The notes beneath the pieces were generated by a model. That model saw nothing but the letters and a program-made list of their open reading frames with translations. It had not been told where the DNA came from and ran no database searches. A stretch of 64,000 bases of DNA from positions 156,612 to 220,611 of the forward strand of contig NW_002060979.1 in NCBI RefSeq assembly GCF_000150275.1, read 5' to 3'. Both the position numbers and the translations under genes were made by a program. This stretch comes from Trichoplax adhaerens (lineage: Eukaryota > Animalia > Placozoa). Below are positions 53,783 to 64,000 of this stretch, one piece after another (the first letter of the stretch is position 1; the number at the start of each line of letters is the position of its first letter).

Positions 53783-56700
53783 TTATTCCCTCGGATTAGG
53801 TGAAGATTTTTCTTCGCCTGAGCCATCACAATCACTATTACTTGATTTTTGATCCTTTGAATCTTCATCAATTTCATCCTTGACTTGCAATGATTCTTGA
53901 CTTTGTGTACTACTAGCAAGACTATCTGTTAAACTATTATTTCTATTTGGGGAATGATTGGTAATTTCTAATGCCGATTCTGATATTGTCTTTAATGAAT
54001 TGTTCGATTTGTGAAGACTTTCATCACCCAATTCTTGGCTATTCGCCGATAGTAATGGCGATGATCGTTTAAATTCCGATGTACAAGTTTGAATGGTGCC
54101 TTTATCTGCTTGATTTTTCCGACTATAATAGAGGAAATACAAATGTATCAAATCTGATCCAGAATAGAAAAGTAGGTAGTATAACTACTTAAACAGAGCA
54201 AGAAAATAAGATACAGCTATGCGGATCAATTTATTATTAAGTTAATCTGTAAATTACTCAATCGTAGAGCAATTATGAAATGAGATTCTAAAATATCCTA
54301 ATTATATTTTTTTAGTCCAATCTTGAGTATAATGATGTAAAGGTTACCAATTATTATCGATTAGTAAATTGTAAATATATGGGAATGTTAGACAGTATTG
54401 AAATAGTAGACTAATATTTCATTAGCATTGCTCAAGGCTACGTATTACTATAAAGTGCGATGGATACATTGTTATTTTGATGCTTTAGCAAGGTTTAACT
54501 ATTCGATAGCTACTATCGATGGTACAGAAGCTTTCATACCAAGAAATGAATCAAAAATTTTCTACTATACCGTTAGCAAAATGGCGCTTCTGTTAAATAT
54601 ACCATATTTTATTAATAATGTACTTGTACAGTAACTGAGATCTACCAATCAGTTTACTTACCTAGAATCTAAATTATGTCTTTGAGGTTCTGTCAACTTT
54701 TCTACTATGAAGCTGTCGTGGATACAAGCAAACTCATCATTAATAATGAAATTTCTAAGCTTATAAATGAAAGTATCTGAATCTAATGTTGATCTATTAT
54801 CTTCAAATTATTAAGCCAATATAGTAAAAACGATAAATATTACCCAGGTTTATCAGAGCTAATAGCTAACTTTTTACTGTGATTTCGATATTTTTGATAT
54901 GCTTCCTGAACCTATAATAATATCGAAGTCACCAATTTCTGTATTTAATTTTTTCAATACGGATTAAAGTTTAACTAGATTTTAGCCTTTAACTATGCAA
55001 GCTGTTGTTAGATCGACTTTATATATTATATACTAATATAACCTTGATTTAAAGTTGAACAGATAGAAATACAAATATATTATCATATCACTATCAACAA
55101 ATATAGATAGTTGCGTATGTTTGCTACTGCCGAATCCGTACACTATGCCTTTCGAATGAGAGTTATAACAATATTCATTGATGTTATACTTGGTAAATAG
55201 TTATGTCTTAACAGGTATGTCTAAAATCTAAAAGTTGCGACATTGTCAATCGAAGAAATATGAAATTAATTATTTTTATAAACTTCCTAATTCATAAACT
55301 ATCTAAGACTCAATCTCACTTATTGATATATTGATACTATTTCAAAATTTATAGTATGCTTTCATTCAATATAAAGCGATTCCTTAATCAAAGAGATACT
55401 TCTAGTATTCTTACTGTAAACTTGCATGCTTAACCTTATTCTAGATTACAATAGCTACTAAATTAGATTATATCATTTTCACGCCATAGAGCCTTAACAT
55501 GATTCTACTAGTTCTGGCTGCAATAAAGACTAACGTTTCTCTACACCGCTCTCAAAAACTATTTAATGATACTATAAAACTTCCATCTTTACAGGCTTTG
55601 TATTTTATTATCAAAAGTAAACGTTATTCACTTACATTATGATTAAAAAGACAGTAAACCAGGAAAACACATAAGCCCTAAAAATAGAATTTTCATTCTT
55701 AATTGAAGCTTAAAAAGATCCTTAATTCAAATTAATATCATTACAATAATTTGGCAGCCATAACAGACCTGTAACGAATTGGTAATTGCAAACAAATATT
55801 GGACGAAAGGACTATCCCATAGTAAAAGAAGACAGCCAAAAGACCAAGTTAAGCCAAGGACTGGCGTTAGAATAGTTAGACCTCTTAACGCAATCCTAAA
55901 ATAATATATGGGTGTCGTAAGAAAATGTGCTAACGTATGTCCAAGATTGTTACAGTGAATATCGGCCTAATTACAAAAGCCAGGCGATTAATAATTATAA
56001 AGTTATTCTTACTTAATTTTATGTAATTTTTTGGCATCAGCCGATATTTTTTGCGTATGCAATATGGTATGGATTGCCATCACACAAAAAATAATGTTGG
56101 CCTAGAGTGAAGTCAGTATGAAGCTTAGTTACCGTAAGGAATTAAAATATCAATGAAATGTACCGTATCAAATTCACACTGGTTTTCGCATAGAATACAT
56201 ATACTATTAAACATCATGTGAAAATGTAATGATCTGTTAGCTCAAGAAATCTTTCCGTGTATTATAAGAAAAGCCATATATATTCCATTTGAACTAGTAG
56301 GCAATCATACCACGAATATACAGGCAAATGGGATTATAAAGGAAAGAATAATCCAATTTTTAGCAGATAGCCAGCAGCTACAATTAGTAAGAGTTCAAAA
56401 ATGTTTTATCAATAATTAAAAGCTATTCTATTATTTTGTCCAGTTTATGATCTAGTTTCAAGCTAACAGTTCTGATATTATCATTATTAATTAAGTAGAG
56501 GAATAAACTACTAATAAAGAAAATTTTTAACTTGGATAATGAATGATTGTGTCAAGACTGGCTAGGTGGATAAATTGTAAAGAAACATTAATAACAATAT
56601 ATATTGTACAACACTAAAATTTTCTTTGCCATTCCCTGATTAAACAACATTGGTTATGATACACTCCTATTTTATGATTTTGATAGAATATTTATTTATC

Positions 56701-59700
56701 TTGCTCACCCTTGGGTACTTAAATAAAAATCGACGCTATGGATTCCACAATTAATAACTATGGTTGGAACAGCTACTAATGCAGGAATACCTGGAAGCAG
56801 TTTTTCAAATTATGTTAAATATCCATTGAAAATTTATATAGCTATGAACAGGTTATACGAATTCATTCGTAAGATGAGACATTGTCGATTCTTAAAAATC
56901 ATACCTACTGCCCCCAAATTGTAGTATAAAAATTTTTCATTAACATCAAATACTTTAATCAAAACCAAGTAAAGGTGAATTCCCTCAATTAACATCCACA
57001 TAAATGTAGTTAGCAATGAAAAATGTAATATGCACGCTAATATTGCGCACAAGACCTAAAATAGTAATAATAGAAGGTAAAAGTGAAGCTTTCTTATGTA
57101 AATTCTATTAGATTTAATAACTGATAGTCGATGCTAGGCTGGATAGAAAGGTATACAAAAAATAGAGAAAAAAAGTGTATCTATCTGATTAATCTTCGAT
57201 AAAATTACATGAATTTTAAAATTTAACACCTTGTAATTAATTTAGACCGAATCTAAAAGATTTTTAACTTTACCTTGATATTCTTCGCTAAATCGACCAC
57301 CATTATTATCATATTTGGTATAACCATCCAGGCAAATAGATTCATATGGATTTTATTGGTTGGGTTCTTTAAATATCTTTACAGTAATTAATGGAAAAGT
57401 AAGCGTAGAAGAGCTAATAAATGATCAGCTCATACTTTATTAAAAGTTTAATTACCGTAACTCATTCTGTCATTATAGACGTACAAATGCTAAATCTTAC
57501 CACCATAATAATAGAAAATTCGTAAACAAGCTAAATTTTAGATCAAGTTGTAAACTATATTTAAGGGTTACGTTATATGCTTGCTTAGTAATAGCTGGTG
57601 TCATTAGTATAATTTATTGCGCTAGTCAAATAGAGATATTGTAAACTCTTGCCATATAATGGTAAGATATATAGGTGCATCGGGTAATATTAAACAGTTT
57701 TACCGGCATTTAAAGGCATATATGGCATTGCAATTTAGCTGAGAATTAGGAATTAAGTTATCATACTTCCACAAAATCCCGTAGATAATTAAGGTGGCAG
57801 TTAGTGCAATGACAGATATTCCGCAGCCAAAATAAGTAATCATTTCAAGAGAAAATTGAACAGCTTGACTATTCTGTAATAAGCAATAATTAATTAATAA
57901 CTGTTTATGTTTCTAAATTCCTAGCAATTTCCAGTATTTATAATTTAATATGCAATGGCGTCTATACTGTTCTTTTTAAGCGTCCTAATACTCACATTTC
58001 TTTCTGATAATCGCATAAGAACAGCAAAATTAGTTAGATGATCACATTGGCATGAAAGATGGGTACTATTCAAGTAGACCAAACTACATCCTTCATCAGA
58101 CCAAGCTCCTTCTCTGCTAATCATTTTAACAGATAAAAAACAACTCTTTGTTACATAAATGTTATGGATAGTGGGCTGTGAGTGCTAAGTTAGAAATTTT
58201 ATTTTTTCTAGCTTATTAAGTTAATAGCTTAGATTAGAAGGTCTTTTATTACTATTTGAAAACTTCCATTTTTTACCCTTTCGAATAATTCCAAAATACG
58301 CAAGAAAACTCCTCAGTTGCGATGAATTGTTTTTTATCATACCAAGACTAGAGATACAATAAATGTAATCTTAGTTTAGATAGTATAGCTTAATAGAAAT
58401 CGAAACTGGTCAATCTTATTGCCACCTTGTGGAAAAGTACTTGAAATCGGCTTCAGAGACTGGGAAATTAAAGTTAACAAATACTTATGAAATTACCTCG
58501 TTAATAGATAATTTTTTTAAGGTATAAACAACTGACTCCTCTAGATCTTGTTGTGGTGGTGGATAAAGTGATGTGGAAATGATCAACGTATTTGGAGTCC
58601 AATATTCAAAGTTTGGTCTGTAATTTTAAGTTAATTTTAATGCTACGAATGGTAAATCATACGTAAATAATGCTGTAAAATACGAAACAGAATACAGAAA
58701 GCTTATAGGAAAAAATCATGATTAGATTAAAAGATGATACAAGAGAAATATTTATAATAGCAATTGAAAGCCAGTAATTTGCTCCATCTTACCGTAAATT
58801 GGGGTCTATTCTTGCGGGAAATAGTTCATTTAATGTTTTATAAGCCAGACTAACTATTTTAATCTTGGATGAATGTTCATATTCTGCAGATATAGAATAA
58901 GACGGTATAGTAAACTTGATCTATTAAGATTTAAACATTTTTAAAGGATTTAATAAGCTATGATGGCTATAGCAAAAATAATATCGTAGCTAATGGTTTA
59001 AATCTCTACAGCAATCATCATAAAGGAAGCTTGAGCATGGATTAGATGTGGTATAAAAAATTAACGTAATATAATATACAGCAAATTCAAGATAAAGAAC
59101 GCACTTTCTTAGAACTCTAGATATAAATTGACAATTAATTAGTAATTAGACACTAAAAAGTGGAGATACCTTGAAATAATGAAGAAGGTAAGGTAATATC
59201 GTTTCCATTCAGCCACGCAGGAATTTTTTTCCCCAAATATATTTTACTTGATGTAGCAGCTATTGGCTTAAAGGTGTTGCCGGGAAAATGATAGCTTTGG
59301 TTCGTTTCCGTACTTATAGCACTAATTTCTATAGCTATAAGATGACATAGATGCGATGTTTAGGACCGTAGATAATTTCACATAGTCCTACATGATTCTA
59401 TTTACTAAATGAGATTATCTTCAGGATTGCAAACATTGGATATAACTATACTAATTCAATGTGCATAGTTAGAAATACGTATAATTTGAGTAATCGATAT
59501 ACTCTGCACATTCTCAAATCTTCATTTTAATACGTATACCTCAAAATTAAAATGTATCACACTAAAGCAATATAAAAATGTAAATGAATAATATGGAATT
59601 TGCTTCATAACTACCATAAAAAATCATTTTGAACTCAACCTATGTTTTCAGTGGCTATAATGATCGTTCGGTTATCAACATCAATTCTTCTAGCTAATAA

Positions 59701-62700
59701 TTCTAAAATTTGGCTTAATTTTGTTGTTCCAGGCTGTTCCTACAAAAATAAGTAAGATAATAACTATGGCCTAGAATGAATAACTTTTATTATTTCACAG
59801 TATTTGCCTTTAAATTATTTCCTATGTGAGTGGAATTACGGAGATTATTACTATTTGAATTTACTTATGAGATCGAACCTGCTGTATTTCCATCCATTGC
59901 GCCCGATTCCTTAAGTCAATTAAATTGCTTGCAATCTTGATGAAATTCTAGCAGTTATATTAGTGTATCATCAATTTCGAGTTACGCTATATGCAAACAT
60001 TAGATTTGCCTCAGGAAAGTGTTGTAGCTAATGGCTATTTGTAAAAGGAAGTGATATAAACGGTTCTATTATATCAACTTCTTGTAGATAAATATTTTTA
60101 TTGCTAATTTTTGTTTAGCTCAAGCTGTAATCTTATACGGTACGTATTTCTAGAATCATGAATGCTTCGTATATTACAAGTAAAATTACAGGTAAAGTTG
60201 AAGCGAATAACTTTTTGCAGTCTATATGAAGTACTTGTGGTTAAGGATTTCATTATTAATTTTTCTTTAACTCATTCTGTGACTTAATATCTCTAGAAGC
60301 CATTAATGTTTTGCACATTAAAGTAAAAGCGAATTGAAGAGGTTTTAGCTGTTTACCTGAGCTGTTGATGCCAACTATCTGATCTAATACCAATACTAAT
60401 ATAGTACGGTAGCATGTGCTATAATTAGTACTGCAGTTTGTATTAATAGATCATCACATAGATTATACCACTAATAATGGATGTATTCTATTTTTCCATA
60501 ATCGTGATCTTAACCATAGTAGAAGTATTTTCCTATTTAAAATTATAGCACTTACATAGGTATCGCTAGCTTGAACAGGCTGCTCAGCTTCGATATTAAT
60601 TAGTTTTTGCAGGATTGAAGTAGATGCCAAAATATCTCCGCTAATTAAGGTGCGATTAGCAACTGGATCAGTTAAGGCTTGCAATCTGCTTAAAATAGCT
60701 GTAGCGTTATAATTTTCTGCGTTCGGCCGGGATGCCTGGAGAAATAAATGTTGCCAAAGATTAGTCTACTATTCACCTGCTGCAGCAGAAGCACTTGATA
60801 GGTTTGTATGTGATCATGACTCATTTATAGAGCGTAAAATGCTAGAACCTCCTGTTGCAAAGTCCAAAATGAACTACTGGTGCAATGGATGACAGATACA
60901 GCACCCCAGTAATTAGTCTCACTTCCAGTAAAATTATTATAACACTTACGGCTAGCATTACCTAGGGCAAAAATTGAGAATAAAATATAAAATATGAAAG
61001 ATTTCATACACATCTAAGGATGATAAAATATTAATTTTATTAGCTTACTTCGTACTGTAGCAACTAAATTTAAAGCTGAGTTATTAATAGCTCACCAATT
61101 TTATTATCTCTGCAACTGATATAAACTACAGCGCCAGCCTGACTTTCTGGCCAGAAGTAGCCATCTTTCATTTGGCTTCGACAGGTTGATGATTTATTCT
61201 GGAAGGATAAGATGTAAACACTATGGAAGGTATGTTTAGTATCAGCATTGCCGTAATAACTGCATCTAAACGTAGTTCTATAATTCTTGAGATCAGATCG
61301 TCTGATAGAAGTTATATGTAAAATCGATCTTGTTCCTCGATTTTCAATATTGATATAGCGATCATCATCTGCTAGCCAACATGATAGGATAATCATAAGA
61401 CGGTTAATTTACAAGTAGAATGGATTGAAAAGTTGAAATTTTGGGGATACTTACCTACAAGAATTTGAGATTGTTGGCCAATTTGATACCATTGAAAGTA
61501 GTCCCTACTACTAGAATTACCTAATGTGAACGTTGCTACGCATTCTAAGATGAATTCTTTGCTTTCTATAACATTATAAGGTCCGACAATACGTAATTGA
61601 TAGTCAGATTGTCTAGTTAAATTGACGACAAGGAAAATTAGCTGTCCTGGAGTTGCAATGCTACATCGATATTGACTGTAGACCATTAAGGTTGTTAAAT
61701 GTAATCCGATACCCTTGCTGGATGATGTAAGATTATAAAGTGTTGATTGACTAACAGTTGGAGGATTTCTAGGCTTATATTGACCTAAAATGCGACTATT
61801 TTGATACCAAGTAATAACAGTTTTTGATACTAGTGGGCCATTATAGCCACAGGTTAATTGAACGGGACTGTGATTTCCAATTGGCATATTGGTGTTATTT
61901 AATAGCCGACCAGTGGTTGATCTTTGTTTGTAATCAAATCGTATTGCCTTACTTTCAATATCTATTTAGAACGAGATATGCAATAATTCATTATTACTCG
62001 GACTGATACAAATTGACGATAGATGAGAATTCTCTGGGACATGCATTGAATCAGTTTTATGTACGTGAAATTCGAACAAAATCAGTCTCGTTGCTGAGCT
62101 AAGTATTGCTAACTAGAACTTATAACTAACGGAGTACTATTACGTACTCGAATTAGTCAAAGAGTAGTTTTAAGAATCAAATATTAAATCAAGTTGTTTA
62201 GTAGTTACGGTAGAAATAATAGGAATGGAAAGATTCGAATTAAATAATCGACTACTTAGATTCTCAAGCTATTGTTAACTTTTACAAGTGATCTAATAAT
62301 AATTTTAAATCGTTAAATTTAAGAAAGGTCAAGCCATGATATTGTGGGTTAACAGAAAATGATTAGCTGATCAAGTTTTACGCACATAATGAATAACCCA
62401 ATCGAAATGTTGAAGAACCACTATTTGAACGAAGACGAGTATTTCGAAACTCAATAAATAAATTTCGACTGTGATGATGAATATATTTTGGATGGATAGT
62501 GCCACAATATTCTTCGACCGTTGGCTCTGACCCATCTAAATTCGAAGAGAACCGCAGGTAATCTTCACAAACGCCATCAACTCGCGATGTCAAATTAAAA
62601 TTAACGATGTTGATAATAATGGTATGGTCAGTTTTAGTAGTTAAAGTCCAGTTATATTTTGCTACGTCAGGAAATATTGGAGGATAGTAATCAGGTGGTT

Positions 62701-62751
62701 GGATATAACCCGAATTGACTGAGGAAAGATCGACGTCAAAGTTTCCATGGC
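53783..62751 (-). CDS. Adhesion GPCR (family B2): CUB, two Ig-like domains, HRM, GAIN/GPS and 7TM; 5' end incomplete
   Basis: CUB exon 62751-~62386 ([12 protein letters not shown]...YNWTL...CEDYL...YCG...LFIEF). Ig-like exons ~61965-61455 and ~61369-61096 (LTC..W..YRC; LEC..W..FRC). HRM (C...W......V.ISC....GNASRKC...W....C). GAIN exons at 60.7-58.3 kb. GPS CVFW...GAWSDEGC...SCQCDHL|TNFAVLM at ~58.3-58.0 kb. 7TM exons ([53 protein letters not shown]) and a Ser-rich tail ending at the stop at 53783. Confidence 0.92.
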
Positions 62752-62763
62752 CTATAGAGAAAG

Positions 62764-63130
62764 AATCATGCGAAGATATCGTTCATGAGGAAATAATAAC
62801 TTTGGATTAATCACAATTCTATTTTAAAACTACTCCGATTAAACAGTAACTAAGCTACGATTTTACTCTATGCTACTAGATTAAATCATGGAAAGATAGC
62901 GTCCTTAAGGAAGTAATAGCTTTGGATTAATCGCTATACGATTTCAAGACTAGTCCAATTGAACAGCAACTAAGCTATGGCTTTACTCTATGCTACTAGA
63001 TTAAATCATACAAAGATATGATTCGTAAGGAATAGTAACCCTGGGTTAATCATAATTCTACTTCAAGGTTACATCAATCGAAAAGCAACTGAGTTACGGC
63101 TTCTCTATTTGCTACTAGATTTAAATCATG
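62764..63130. repeat. Diverged tandem array, 3 x ~120 bp, intronic
   Basis: The unit aatcatg..aagata....aagga..taa....ttggattaatc...gcaactaagcta.g.ttttactctatgctactagatt recurs at ~62764, ~62884 and ~63004. Confidence 0.85.
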
Positions 63131-64000
63131 CAAAAAAATTTTTAAAGTATGTATTCTACTTAATTTTATCATCGTTCTACTCCAAGTATGACCTTCTTTT
63201 GATTTTTAGACATATCATAAACAAGGACGATTCCTGGATTTAGCTTAAAGTAAGCGTAAGTAAAGGCACCGAAGCTACTCTAGTAGAATATCTTCAATAA
63301 CTCTGTTTGCTAACTATTCCAACATTATCGAAGATTCTGCCATGCACTTGTATCCTCCATACATCAAGACTGCACAATATATTATGTATATAGATATGGA
63401 TACTTAGAATCACTTCTGAGAATCCTTATTGTAAGTTGTAATTATCTACCGAAGATTAGTGAGATGTAGCACAGACTTATTGCTATAATAGCTATCGTGG
63501 TAGGTCTACATGTAGGACATAGAAACCGAGTACATAGCATAAATAGAGTTCATTCTTTGCACAATCGTATGTTGAGAGATTTTTTTGATGCCTTACTCGC
63601 AATAGTTTTCTAATCTAAATTTCAATAGATATTATTTGCAGTGCTGTAAGCTATGTCTCTCATAACTACCTCTGGACAAGAATATCCAATTCTTACTCAT
63701 AGATTAGGTTGCGTCATTTAAGACACTAATAAATAATTGCAATTCTACTTTACAAGTAAAAACTTCGTAAATACTTTACAGGGATATATACAATAGATAG
63801 ATTACTAATCTTATGCTGGCTCCCTCAAATTACGTCTTTTCCAGGCACTTACCGTATGTAATTTGCTATAAAATTTCCACCAATGAATTGGTAGTAAGGT
63901 GCATAGAGAAAAAAGAAATTTCATTAGTCTATGATTCTTGATCAGGCGTAAACTAGAAGAGTTACAATAATGTTATCTTGAGCTATTTGCGAAGCCTTCT

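Noticed and set aside
63853-63924. MKFLFSLCTLLPIHWW... as the aGPCR signal-peptide exon
   Set aside because: It ends in phase 0 whereas the CUB exon needs phase 1, so it would require an unseen intervening exon.

Overview
AT-rich eukaryotic (animal) genomic DNA with many short GT-AG introns. The style is consistent with a compact early-branching metazoan such as a placozoan; this is an inference and was not verified. I reconstructed five multi-exon genes by hand: an IKK-family Ser/Thr kinase (-, 7389-15148), a WNK kinase (+, 26328-35014), an OSM-9/Inactive-type TRPV channel (+, 38064-45029), a UCP-like SLC25 mitochondrial carrier (-, 46431-50320) and a CUB-Ig-Ig-HRM-GAIN adhesion GPCR (-, 53783 to at least 62751, 5' end probably outside the window). 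Non-coding parts hold many local tandem duplications with 40-390 bp units, two of them just upstream of WNK. They also hold TACAG/CTGTA-rich tracts near gene 5' ends, a hairpin enclosing a perfect kappaB-type site upstream of the IKK-like gene, and a decayed small-GTPase-like pseudogene near 4.2-5.0 kb that the ORF track does not reveal. No prokaryotic features, CRISPR arrays, tRNA or rRNA genes were recognised.
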